Below, piece after piece: positions 8,144 through 17,548 of a stretch of DNA of 64,000 nucleotides. Under the pieces are notes generated by a model that was given only the letters and a program-made list of their open reading frames with translations, had not been told where the DNA came from and did not search any database. The position numbers and the translations under genes are program-made. Location: NCBI GenBank assembly GCA_949288185.1, contig CASEIZ010000069.1, forward strand, positions 15,244-79,243. The letters run 5' to 3'. Position 1 is the stretch's first letter, and the number at the start of each line of letters is the position of its first letter. The DNA is from an uncultured Eubacteriales bacterium (GTDB lineage Bacteria > Bacillota > Clostridia > TANB77 > CAG-508).

Positions 8144-10165
8144 TTATTTGGTTCCGAATATTCTATCTCCAGCATCACCTAGTCCTGGTACAATGTATCC
8201 TTTGTCATTTAATTTTTCATCAATACATGCTGTATAAATTTTTACATCTGGGTGTTCTTTCTTTAATCTTTCAATTCCTTCTGGTGCAGATATAATACAT
8301 AAAAATTTAATTTTCTTAACTCCGTCTTTTTTAAGCATTTGAATGGTATCTGCAGCTGATCCTCCAGTTGCAAGCATTGGATCTAAAATAATGGCTTCTC
8401 TTTTGGCAATATCTTTTGGCATTTTATAATAATATTGTACTGGCTCTAAAGTTTCTTCATTTCTATATAAACCAATATGTCCAATTTTGGCATTTGGTAC
8501 TATTTTTAATAATCCATCTAACATGCCTGTTCCAGCTCTTAAAATTGGTACAAAAGCATAATTATCCTCATCTAATACTTTTGCTTTTGTTTTACAAATT
8601 GGCGTTTCTATTTCAATTTCTTTTAATTTTGCATCTTCTAATGCATGATAGCATAATAATGTAGCTATCTCACCTATAATTTCTCTAAATTCTTTTGTAC
8701 CTGTATTTTTATTTCTTATAATAGATAATTTATGTTCCACTAAAGGATTACTTAATACTGTTACTTGATTTTCTTCATCGCTTTTGATTTCTTCCACTAC
8801 ATTTGCCTCGCTTTCATATTTGATTTCTTTTTCATTATCGTTTTTTTCTTTTTTTGTTTTTTCATTTTCTGAATCATCGTCATCTTTTTCATCTGGTAAT
8901 AATAAATTTAATAAGATACCAATAATAGCTGCTAAACTCATTCCTGAAATGGTTACAGATAAATCCCCATGAATAATAGAGATGGCTGCTCCTCCTAATC
9001 CTAATACTAACATAGTAGATGCAACAACAATATTTTTAGACTTTCCAAAGTCAATTTTATTTTCAATTAATACTTTTAAACCATTGACAGAAATAAAACC
9101 ATATAATAGTAAAGATACTCCACCTAAAACAGCATCAGGAATGGTTGATACCAATGCAGTAAATTTTCCTAAAAATCCTAAACAGATAGCGATGACTGCT
9201 GCTAGTCCAATGACCCATACAGATGCTACTTTTGTCATTCCCACAACAGATGTATTTTCACCATAAGTGGTATTAGCTGGTCCTCCTAAAAATCCTGCAA
9301 CAAATGTTGCTAAACCATCACCTAATAGAGTTCTATCTAAACCTGGATCTTTTAATAAATTTTTTCCGATAATGGTACTTAATGCTGTATGGTCACCAAT
9401 ATGTTCTGCAATCGTTACTAAAGAAATTGGTACAATTGTTAATAATGCTGAAAAATTAGGTGCATAATTTAAAAATGGGATTACAAAGCTTGGCATACTA
9501 AAGAAGCTAGCTTCTAATACTGGTGCAAAATCAACTAATCCAAAACAGATTGCTGAAATATATCCTACAACAATTCCAACTAAAAATGGAATAATTTTTA
9601 AGAATCCCTTTCCTCTAACCATTACAATTGCTGTTGTTAAAAAGGTTATTAAAGCAACACCGATACATCTCCAATCAATTTGTGTTTCAGTTCCTAATCC
9701 TATTTGAGAAATCGCACTTGGTGCTAAGCTTAATCCAATAATCATAATCATTGGTCCAATAACAACTGGTGGTAATAGTTTGTCTATCCATTTTTTACCT
9801 ATAAAATGAATAATAATGGCAAAAATAATATAGACAAGACCTACTGCCATAACACCAACCATGGCACCTGAAATTCCACCTTTTACATAAGCTGCTGCTA
9901 GTGGTGCAATAAATGCAAAAGAGCTTCCCAAGTATACTGGTGATTTTCCTTTTGTACATAAGATGTAAATTAATGTTCCTATTCCTGATGTTACTAATGC
10001 TACTGGAATAGTAAGAACTGTTTCACCAGCTGCTGTATTTACCATAATAGGAACTAAAATGGTTGCTCCAAACATAGCAAAAACGTGTTGTAATGCAAGG
10101 ATTATCCATTTTGCAACAGTTGGCTTTTCATTTACATCTAATAGTAATTTTTTTGTTTGTTCCAT
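8144..10165 (-). CDS. pyrP-upp: Fusion protein: uracil permease (NCS2 family) joined to uracil phosphoribosyltransferase
   Basis: N-terminal ~440 aa is a 12-14 TM NCS2/UraA-like permease. An acidic linker follows (DEKDDDDSENEK…). The C-terminal ~210 aa is canonical Upp (…VPILRAGTGMLDG…AIILDPMLATGGSA…IVPGLGDAGDRIFGTK). One continuous open frame. Confidence 0.85.
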   Translation of the reverse strand: MEQTKKLLLDVNEKPTVAKWIILALQHVFAMFGATILVPIMVNTAAGETVLTIPVALVTSGIGTLIYILCTKGKSPVYLGSSFAFIAPLAAAYVKGGISGAMVGVMAVGLVYIIFAIIIHFIGKKWIDKLLPPVVIGPMIMIIGLSLAPSAISQIGLGTETQIDWRCIGVALITFLTTAIVMVRGKGFLKIIPFLVGIVVGYISAICFGLVDFAPVLEASFFSMPSFVIPFLNYAPNFSALLTIVPISLVTIAEHIGDHTALSTIIGKNLLKDPGLDRTLLGDGLATFVAGFLGGPANTTYGENTSVVGMTKVASVWVIGLAAVIAICLGFLGKFTALVSTIPDAVLGGVSLLLYGFISVNGLKVLIENKIDFGKSKNIVVASTMLVLGLGGAAISIIHGDLSVTISGMSLAAIIGILLNLLLPDEKDDDDSENEKTKKEKNDNEKEIKYESEANVVEEIKSDEENQVTVLSNPLVEHKLSIIRNKNTGTKEFREIIGEIATLLCYHALEDAKLKEIEIETPICKTKAKVLDEDNYAFVPILRAGTGMLDGLLKIVPNAKIGHIGLYRNEETLEPVQYYYKMPKDIAKREAIILDPMLATGGSAADTIQMLKKDGVKKIKFLCIISAPEGIERLKKEHPDVKIYTACIDEKLNDKGYIVPGLGDAGDRIFGTK

Positions 10166-10229
10166 TAGAACGCCTCCTTCTATTTTCTTAGTAAGTGTTT
10201 AGATAGGAAAAATTACTTTTTCTTATGCC

Positions 10230-10262
10230 ACAAAAAAATATCAATTCGAAAAGAATTGATAT
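10230..10262 (-). promoter_or_regulatory. Terminator-like attenuator hairpin in the pyrP-upp leader
   Basis: On the minus strand, ATATCAATTC-ttttc-GAATTGATAT followed by TTTTTTTG, about 70 nt upstream of the start codon. No PyrR box (UCCAGAGAGG) was seen. Confidence 0.4.
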
Positions 10263-10508
10263 AAACACTTACTTTATAAATTTAAAAATTGGGAATGTTA
10301 AATAAACAATATTTCTATTGATGTTACTTGCTTTTAATCTTGTTATGTTTTCTACAAATTTTGTCATTTTTCTACACCCTTTCTTACTATATACCATTCA
10401 TCAAAAAGTTGCAATAGAAAACATCGAAATTTATGAAATTTCGATTGTTTCTTAGAACTGGCATAAATGAAAGCATATTCTTTGTTTGAAATTTGTTTGA
10501 AGTAAAAA

Positions 10509-10536
10509 CCAGGAGGAACTTTTTACATTCCTCCCG
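10509..10536 (-). terminator. Rho-independent terminator of the 105-aa ORF
   Basis: On the minus strand, CCGGGAGGAA-tgtaaaaag-TTCCTCCTGG followed by TTTTTAC. Confidence 0.6.
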
Positions 10537-10544
10537 GCACAAAT

Positions 10545-10862
10545 CTAATCGGCGATACCACCAGTTTGTTCTACCGCTACAAGAACGATTCTGTCACTGA
10601 GTTCTTGACAAGAAAACTGCTGTTTCGTAATCTTTCCGTTTTTTAGTCTTTGAAGTTTTATCTCCAACTTTCTTATAAGCGGATAAGACTGATTTATCAC
10701 CTCAGTGTTAGAAAAGACTTCGAGACAATGCTCAATTCTTTTTATGGCTTTTTCTTCCTCTTTCCGAGTTTGACTTTTCTGTAAAGCTTTATCGGATTTA
10801 ATTAATTCCGATGCCATCACCGTTATCTTTTCTACATCTGTTAGATCTGCTATTTTCTTCAT
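10545..10862 (-). CDS. Hypothetical 105-aa protein in a GC-atypical islet
   Basis: Start MKKIADLTDVEK… with a GGAGGAGAGG ribosome-binding site. About 38-40% GC against a 27% background. Own extended -10 promoter and terminator. No recognisable domain. Confidence 0.5.
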   Translation of the reverse strand: MKKIADLTDVEKITVMASELIKSDKALQKSQTRKEEEKAIKRIEHCLEVFSNTEVINQSYPLIRKLEIKLQRLKNGKITKQQFSCQELSDRIVLVAVEQTGGIAD

Positions 10863-11007
10863 ACCTCTCCTCCAAAAATATTCTGGAGGTTTCACACAGC
10901 CCCTCCAGAAAAAATTCAATAAATTTCTCCTGTACTTGCTGTGTAAGCACATTAGATAGCGCTATTATACCATTATTTGTCTAAAAAAGCAACAATTTAC
11001 ATAATAT

Positions 11008-11035
11008 AAAACTCCCTCTATAAAGGGAGTTTTTA
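11008..11035 (-). terminator. Terminator of hydA
   Basis: AAAACTCCCT-ctataa-AGGGAGTTTT with T-runs on both strands. Confidence 0.6.
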
Positions 11036-11079
11036 CTATTCACGAACACTACTTACTTTGACAGTTGCATAATAAATTC

Positions 11080-12837
11080 TTATATATTATATTTTTCTCT
11101 TTTTGTATAAGTTGTATGTAGTAATTTTTCTGCAATTTCACTTCCTGGTTTTTCTAAGAAATCTTTATACAATTTTTTCATAACTGGATTTTCATGTGAT
11201 TTTCTAACAATACTTTTCTCATCAATTGTGTATAAAGCATCTGCTCTTAATTTTCTAACATCTACTTCTGCTCTTACTTTAGAACTCTTAATTGGTTGAC
11301 CACCACCCATGATACAACCTCCTGGGCAAGCCATAATTTCAACAAATTGGTAATTTGCTTTACCAGATTTGATTTCTTCTAATATGGTTCTTGCATTTGC
11401 TAATCCACTTGCTGCAACAACATTGATATCTTTTCCTGCAATATTAATCGTTGCTCTTTTGATACCATCTCCACCTCTTACTTGTTCGAAATCAATTTTA
11501 GGTAAATCTTTTCCTGTTAACGTATCTTGTGCTGTTCTTAAAGCTGCTTCCATAACACCGCCAGTTGTTCCAAAGATAGCGCCTGCACCACTCGCTTCTC
11601 CCATAGGACTATCAAAATTACTATCTTCCAACTTTTCAAATTCAATGTTAGCTTGTTTGATCATTCTTGCTAATTCTCTAGTGGTAATAACATTATCTAC
11701 ATCATATAAGTTGTCTTCCATCATTTCTGGTCTTTGTCTTTCAAATTTCTTTGCAATACATGGCATAACAGAAACCACATAAATTTTTTCTGGGTCTAGA
11801 CCTTCCCTATTGGCATAATATGTTTTTAAGATAGCACCAAACATTTCATGAGGAGATTTACAACTAGATAGATGTGGTAATAATTCTGGATAATTCATTT
11901 CTATATATTTTACCCAACCCGGACTGCAAGATGTAATCATTGGTAAATTATCATTTTTTGTAAATCTTTCTATAAATTCATTTGCTTCTTCCATAATGGT
12001 AAGGTCAGCACCTGTATTGGTATCAAATACTTTATCAAATCCTAAACGTTTTAATGCCGTAACCATTTTTCCTACTACATTTGTACCAATTGGCATACCG
12101 AATTCTTCTCCAAGAGCAACTCTAACTGCTGGAGCTGTTTGTACGATAACCGTTGTTTCTGGGTCTTTTAATTTTACCCATACATCATTAATCGTCTCTT
12201 TTTCATGTAAAGCTCCTGTTGGGCAAGCCTCTATACATTGCCCACAAAATGTACAGTTAACATCATTTAGGCTATGGTCTCCGACGGTTGATATACATGA
12301 TTCAAAACCTCTGTTAATACAATCAATAGCACCGATTTTTTGCACATTTTTACATGCTGCCACACATCTTCTACATAAAATACATTTGTTAAAATCTCTT
12401 ACAATAGATGGTGATAAGTCATCAATTTTATGTTCTGTTCTTTCTCCTTCAAATTCAATATTTAAAACATTAAATTTTGTAGCTAAAGCTTGTAATTCAC
12501 AATTTCCTGAACGGGTACAAGTCAAACAATCTTTAGCATGATTTGAAATTATTAAATCTAGAATCACATGACGTGCTTCTAATACATTTTGTGTATGTGT
12601 ATGAACAACCATACCTTCTTCTACGGTTTGTATACATGAAGTAGCAAATCCTCTTCTTCCTTCTACTTCAACAATACACATTCTACAATCTCCCACTTCA
12701 TTAATCTCTTTTAAGAAACATAATGTTGGGATATCTATTCCTGCTGTTTTTGCAGCTTCTAAAATTGTTGTTCCTTTAGGTACTGTTACTTTTTGATTGT
12801 CAATTGTTAAATTAACCATTTCTTTTTCCATATCCAC
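11080..12837 (-). CDS. hydA: [FeFe] hydrogenase catalytic subunit (NADH-dependent, bifurcating type)
   Basis: N-terminal 2Fe-2S ferredoxin fold, then 4Fe-4S cysteine motifs. H-cluster motifs L2 MPCIAKKFE and L3 EIMACPGGCIMGGGQP are present. L1 reads TSCSPGW (AGT codon) instead of the canonical TSCCPxW. Confidence 0.88.
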   Translation of the reverse strand: MDMEKEMVNLTIDNQKVTVPKGTTILEAAKTAGIDIPTLCFLKEINEVGDCRMCIVEVEGRRGFATSCIQTVEEGMVVHTHTQNVLEARHVILDLIISNHAKDCLTCTRSGNCELQALATKFNVLNIEFEGERTEHKIDDLSPSIVRDFNKCILCRRCVAACKNVQKIGAIDCINRGFESCISTVGDHSLNDVNCTFCGQCIEACPTGALHEKETINDVWVKLKDPETTVIVQTAPAVRVALGEEFGMPIGTNVVGKMVTALKRLGFDKVFDTNTGADLTIMEEANEFIERFTKNDNLPMITSCSPGWVKYIEMNYPELLPHLSSCKSPHEMFGAILKTYYANREGLDPEKIYVVSVMPCIAKKFERQRPEMMEDNLYDVDNVITTRELARMIKQANIEFEKLEDSNFDSPMGEASGAGAIFGTTGGVMEAALRTAQDTLTGKDLPKIDFEQVRGGDGIKRATINIAGKDINVVAASGLANARTILEEIKSGKANYQFVEIMACPGGCIMGGGQPIKSSKVRAEVDVRKLRADALYTIDEKSIVRKSHENPVMKKLYKDFLEKPGSEIAEKLLHTTYTKREKYNI

Positions 12838-12862
12838 ATCTCTCTTTCTTTTTTAACTATTA

Positions 12863-14203
12863 TTAAATTTCGTCTTCCATATCCATGTCATACTCAATTG
12901 GCTCTTGATCTAGCATTTTCTTTTGTTCTTCTGTTAAATATTTTTTGTTTATAATAATATCCATCACAAATTTATCGAAATAATTATCATTCATTGTATA
13001 ATATCCATTTGGTTTTTCATCTGGACCTGCACCATAACTATCTTCCACTTTCCATCGTTCAATATGCTCATCTACGATGTTTACACCTATAATTGTCATA
13101 CAATGTGATAAATGAATTTCTGAAAAATCTAGTCCTTCCCTTTTACTTAATGAATGCATGTTTAAAGTATTTTCATAATTATAGATTCTTGTATCTAAAA
13201 TGCCTTGTTTTTCATATACAGATTTACTGGCAATATCAAGTGTAACACATACAGGAATACCATCTTTCAGTTGTTTTACAGCACATCTTTTTAAGTCTTC
13301 TATTGGCAGATTCAAAAACTGTCTATAACTATTTTTATATACATTTCCAAAGTATTTTAATCGATATACTTTATTGTATTCTTTATTATACATTGGCATA
13401 TTGGTAATTGATACAAAATCATCTAAGTTTAATGTTAAGTATTGATTTTTAAAATCAATTGGCGTTAGTTGTTTTCGTGATATGTATGTTCCATTTTTAT
13501 CCTTATATTCCAAATTAAAAGTCATTGGAGGTTCGCCTAAGATTTTTGATAAAAATATGTAATTTTGTTTTGTATATGTTTTTGTCAGATTTCTTAGTTC
13601 TTCTTCATTTTTACCTTGTTTCTTTTCTTCTAATAGACAAATGACATCTTTTTTTACTTTTTCTCTAAATATAAGAGAGATTTTTACACCATCTTCTCCT
13701 TCTTTTGGATTTGGCATATAAGAATATGGTACAATTCCATATTTTTTTATAATGCTTGCAAACCATTCATAAAATCCTGCTTCAGTAACACAATTTTTTA
13801 ATAATTGTTCTTTTTTTATGTGTTCTAAAGTTGCATTTTCAATAGGCAAACTAATAATATTTTCATAAACGGTATTTGCTTTTTCTAATTTATCAAAGAA
13901 AGCAATATAATTACTTGATAATTCAAAATCCATTAAATCTATATTCAAGTTTTCTGCCATATTATATTGAATCATATTAAATCCTGCATATATCCAACAT
14001 TTCCAGCTTTCTTTTTGATCATATCGTTTGGTATCTGGAAGTTCAATATTGAAAACAGGTTGATTTTCTCTAATAATATCTCTATCTAAGCAAGCATTTT
14101 CTAGCCCATTTGCTGTAATCGCATTTTCAATGATTTTATTGGTTGCATTAGCATTGTATTCTTTGGAAAATGCTTTTATATCTTCTAATGTTATCTCTAC
14201 CAT
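12863..14203 (-). CDS. pepC: Aminopeptidase C / bleomycin hydrolase family cysteine peptidase (C1B)
   Basis: Colinear with PepC: NAITANGL, FNIELP, active-site Cys context QKESWKCWIYAGFNMIQ, His in HCMTIIGVNIVDE. Start chosen at MVEITLEDI, which has an AAGGAGG ribosome-binding site. Confidence 0.8.
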   Translation of the reverse strand: MVEITLEDIKAFSKEYNANATNKIIENAITANGLENACLDRDIIRENQPVFNIELPDTKRYDQKESWKCWIYAGFNMIQYNMAENLNIDLMDFELSSNYIAFFDKLEKANTVYENIISLPIENATLEHIKKEQLLKNCVTEAGFYEWFASIIKKYGIVPYSYMPNPKEGEDGVKISLIFREKVKKDVICLLEEKKQGKNEEELRNLTKTYTKQNYIFLSKILGEPPMTFNLEYKDKNGTYISRKQLTPIDFKNQYLTLNLDDFVSITNMPMYNKEYNKVYRLKYFGNVYKNSYRQFLNLPIEDLKRCAVKQLKDGIPVCVTLDIASKSVYEKQGILDTRIYNYENTLNMHSLSKREGLDFSEIHLSHCMTIIGVNIVDEHIERWKVEDSYGAGPDEKPNGYYTMNDNYFDKFVMDIIINKKYLTEEQKKMLDQEPIEYDMDMEDEI

Positions 14204-14240
14204 AATTCCTCCTTTTATTATGTGATGCATTGACGGTCTC

Positions 14241-15545
14241 TTATGTATAAATTGAAAATTCTATTGGTTGTTGATTCCAAGCTTCTAATTGTTCTTGAGA
14301 AAGATACTTTTTATGAATGATAACAGCAAATACGTATTTATCAAAAAAATTGTCATTCATAATACTATATCCTTTATTTTTAAGTGCATTTCCAAAACTA
14401 TCTTCTACTTTCCATCTGATTGGTTTATCATCTACTATATGCACACCACAAATATCCATACAATGATGAAAATGGATTGAATTTGTATTTTGCCCTTCCT
14501 CTTTCGTTAAAGGTGTTACTCCTAATACGTTTTTATAATCATATAATCTTGTATCTAGTACACCTGATGGTGTATCACGAAACTGTCTTCTGTATAAATT
14601 TACATAAACAGGCATAGAATCTTTTAATTGTTTAATGGCTAATGTTTTTAATTCATTGATTGGTAGATTTAAAAAAGTATATTCCTCTATGCTTGGGTTT
14701 CCTGTATATTTATATACTTTTCCATATTCTTTGTTATGACGAGGCATATTGGCAATCGATATAAATTCATTTAAATCTATTTTTAAAAATCGTTCCTTAA
14801 ATTCTAATGGTGTTATATTCTCTAATCGCTGGAAATTCCCGTCTTTATCTATATATTCATAAGTAAATTTTCGAACAGGTTCTCCTAACATTTTAGATAA
14901 TAACATATAATTTTCTTCAAGAAATATTTTTATTTGCTTTTCTAATGCTTCCATGCTTGCATTTTCTTCTTTTAGTTTTATCAGTTTGACAATATCACCC
15001 ATCATTTTTTCACAATAAATAGTATTTGCTCTGTTGTTATTTATACTTTCTTTAGTTTCAGGCATAACACTATCAGGAACAAATCCATATTTATTGATTA
15101 TCCCTCTAAAAAATTCAAAAAATCCTAAAGTATATGGTGCATTGACTATAATATGATTTTCATTAATATATTCATAAGATGCATCTTCTAATCGAATTAT
15201 CTTTTCATATATTGCACTTGCTTTTTCTAACCTATCGAAAAATGAAATATAAACAGGTGATAATGTTAAGTTTTCTACATCCATATTTAAATTTTGTGCT
15301 ACATCAAATTGTATCATATTGATACCTGCATATATCCAACATAGTGCACTGTCCTTTTGGTCATATTTATTGACACGAGCAGGCAATTCTAGATTAAAGA
15401 CTGGTTGGTTTTCAGCAATAATGTTTCTATCTAACATTGTGTTTTCCAATCCATTATTGGTAATTGCATTTTCAATCACTTTATTGACTGGATTGTCATT
15501 ATATTTTCTAGAAAAGTCTCGTATGTCCTTTAATGTAATATCCAT
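14241..15545 (-). CDS. pepC: Aminopeptidase C / bleomycin hydrolase family cysteine peptidase (second, diverged paralogue)
   Basis: MDITLKDIRDF…NAITNNGL…DQKDSALCWIYAGINMIQ…HHCMDICGVHIVDD. GGGAGG ribosome-binding site. Roughly 45-50% identical to its neighbour. Confidence 0.8.
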   Translation of the reverse strand: MDITLKDIRDFSRKYNDNPVNKVIENAITNNGLENTMLDRNIIAENQPVFNLELPARVNKYDQKDSALCWIYAGINMIQFDVAQNLNMDVENLTLSPVYISFFDRLEKASAIYEKIIRLEDASYEYINENHIIVNAPYTLGFFEFFRGIINKYGFVPDSVMPETKESINNNRANTIYCEKMMGDIVKLIKLKEENASMEALEKQIKIFLEENYMLLSKMLGEPVRKFTYEYIDKDGNFQRLENITPLEFKERFLKIDLNEFISIANMPRHNKEYGKVYKYTGNPSIEEYTFLNLPINELKTLAIKQLKDSMPVYVNLYRRQFRDTPSGVLDTRLYDYKNVLGVTPLTKEEGQNTNSIHFHHCMDICGVHIVDDKPIRWKVEDSFGNALKNKGYSIMNDNFFDKYVFAVIIHKKYLSQEQLEAWNQQPIEFSIYT

Positions 15546-15605
15546 TTTTTCCTCCCTAAATTTTTAAGAATCGGGATTTTTGAGTCCGTCCCCAAAATCC
15601 CTTTT

Positions 15606-17465
15606 TTAATTTCCGATTGCATGGAATGGACAACTTGCAATACAAGTACCACATTTAATACATTTTTCTTGGTTGATAATTCTTTTGTCTCTTCCTGAAC
15701 CGTCTATGGCATTGACTGGACAATGTTTTTGACATAAACCACAACCTTTACATTTTTCTTCATTAACTGTGATTTTTGCCATTGCTTTACATTCTAATGT
15801 TCTACATTCTTTTTGGATAGCATGTTGTCTAAATTCTTCTCTAAAATATTTTAGGGTACTGACAACTGGATTTGGTGCGGTTTGCCCTAATCCACATATA
15901 CTTGCCTTTTGAATATTGGCTGCTAATTTTTCTAGTTTATAGATATCTAATTCGTCTCCTTCTCCATCACATAGTCTTTCTAGAATCTCTAGCATTCTTT
16001 TTGTTCCAATTCTACAAGGGGTACATTTACCACAGCTTTCACTTACTGTAAAGTCTAGATAGAATTTTGCTAAAGCTACCATACATTTGGTATCATCCAT
16101 AACAATTAATCCACCAGACCCCATCATAGAACCAATTTGTTTTAGAGATTCATAATCAATTGGAGTATCTAAGTGTTCTTTTGGTATGCAACCTCCTGAA
16201 GGGCCTCCTGTTTGAGCCGCTTTAAATTCTCTACCATTTGGAATTCCTCCACCAATATCATAAATAATTTCTCTTAAGGTTGTTCCCATAGGCACTTCTA
16301 CTAATCCGATATTGTTAACATTTCCACCTAAAGCAAATACTTTTGTTCCTTTTGAAGTTTCTGTTCCAATTGAAGAATACCATTCTGCTCCATTTAATAT
16401 AATTTGTGCAATATTAGCATAAGTTTCTACATTATTAATTAATGTTGGTTTTCCCCATAATCCTGATTGTGCTGGATATGGTGGTTTTACTCTTGGCTGT
16501 CCTCTTTTTCCTTCGATAGATTCTAGTAATGCTGTTTCTTCACCACAAACAAAGGCTCCTGCACCTAATCGAATTTCAATATCAAAACTAAAATCTGTGT
16601 CAAAGATGTTTTCTCCTAGTAATCCATAATCTCTTGCTTGGTCAATTGCAATCTTTAATCTTTGAACAGCGATTGGATATTCTGCTCTAACATAAATATA
16701 TCCTTTATTGGCACCAATACTATATCCTGCAATTGCCATAGCTTCTAATACAGAATGTGGGTCACCCTCTAATATACTTCTATCCATGAATGCTCCTGGA
16801 TCACCTTCATCCGCATTACAAACCACATATTTTTGGTCTCCAACAGAAGCCTTGGTAAGTTCCCATTTCTTACCTGTTGGGAATCCTGCGCCCCCTCTAC
16901 CTCTTAGACCTGAATCTTTTATCACATCAATCACTTCATCTTGAGTCATTTCTTTTAATACTTTTTCCAATGCTTTATATCCATCAAATGCTATGTACTC
17001 ATCAATCTCTTCTGGATTCACAACACCACAATTTTTAAGAGCAATTCTTTTTTGCTTTTTATAAAAGTTTAATTCATCTAAGCTATTCACAACAGTTCCA
17101 TCAATATCTTTACAAAGTAATCTTTCTACTCTTTCACCTTTTACAATATGTGTATCAATAATTTCCTCACAATCTTCTGGTGTTACCAATGCATAAAAGG
17201 TATCCTCTGGTCTAATAATAACGATAGGTCCTTTTGCACAAAGTCCAAAACAACCGGTTTTAATAACTCTTACATTAGTTATATTTTTCTCTTTTAAAAT
17301 TCTTCTGAAATTTTCTAAAATTTCAGGTGATTTTGAAGAAGTACAACCTGTACCATGACAAACCAAAATATGTTTTTCTCTGGTATCTGCTTTTGTGTTA
17401 ACTCTTAAATCTAATTCTTTTCTTTTTTCTTCTCGTATTTTGTGAATTTCTTCTAGACTTTTCAT
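15606..17465 (-). CDS. hydB: Hydrogenase NADH-binding flavoprotein subunit (NuoF-like, HydB)
   Basis: N-terminal thioredoxin-like 2Fe-2S domain, NuoF FMN/NADH motif RGRGGAGFPTGKKW, and two C-terminal 4Fe-4S ferredoxin motifs (CKGCGLCQKHCP, CIKCGTCIASCP). Confidence 0.9.
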   Translation of the reverse strand: MKSLEEIHKIREEKRKELDLRVNTKADTREKHILVCHGTGCTSSKSPEILENFRRILKEKNITNVRVIKTGCFGLCAKGPIVIIRPEDTFYALVTPEDCEEIIDTHIVKGERVERLLCKDIDGTVVNSLDELNFYKKQKRIALKNCGVVNPEEIDEYIAFDGYKALEKVLKEMTQDEVIDVIKDSGLRGRGGAGFPTGKKWELTKASVGDQKYVVCNADEGDPGAFMDRSILEGDPHSVLEAMAIAGYSIGANKGYIYVRAEYPIAVQRLKIAIDQARDYGLLGENIFDTDFSFDIEIRLGAGAFVCGEETALLESIEGKRGQPRVKPPYPAQSGLWGKPTLINNVETYANIAQIILNGAEWYSSIGTETSKGTKVFALGGNVNNIGLVEVPMGTTLREIIYDIGGGIPNGREFKAAQTGGPSGGCIPKEHLDTPIDYESLKQIGSMMGSGGLIVMDDTKCMVALAKFYLDFTVSESCGKCTPCRIGTKRMLEILERLCDGEGDELDIYKLEKLAANIQKASICGLGQTAPNPVVSTLKYFREEFRQHAIQKECRTLECKAMAKITVNEEKCKGCGLCQKHCPVNAIDGSGRDKRIINQEKCIKCGTCIASCPFHAIGN

Positions 17466-17480
17466 ACTTTCCTCCTTTTT

Positions 17481-17548
17481 GTCTCATAGAGTTCGTTTGT
17501 CTATGCGACATTTTGTCTCACTGAGATCGTTTGTCTATGCGACATTTT
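17481..17548. repeat. Tandem imperfect 34-bp direct repeat in the hydC-hydB spacer
   Basis: GTCTCATAGAGTTCGTTTGTCTATGCGACATTTT followed by GTCTCACTGAGATCGTTTGTCTATGCGACATTTT, ending at the hydC stop codon. Confidence 0.7.

Noticed and set aside
10166-10540. PyrR-binding attenuator upstream of pyrP-upp
   Set aside because: A terminator-like hairpin is present, but the conserved PyrR loop (ARUCCAGAGAGGYU) could not be found, so it is reported only as a generic attenuator-like hairpin.
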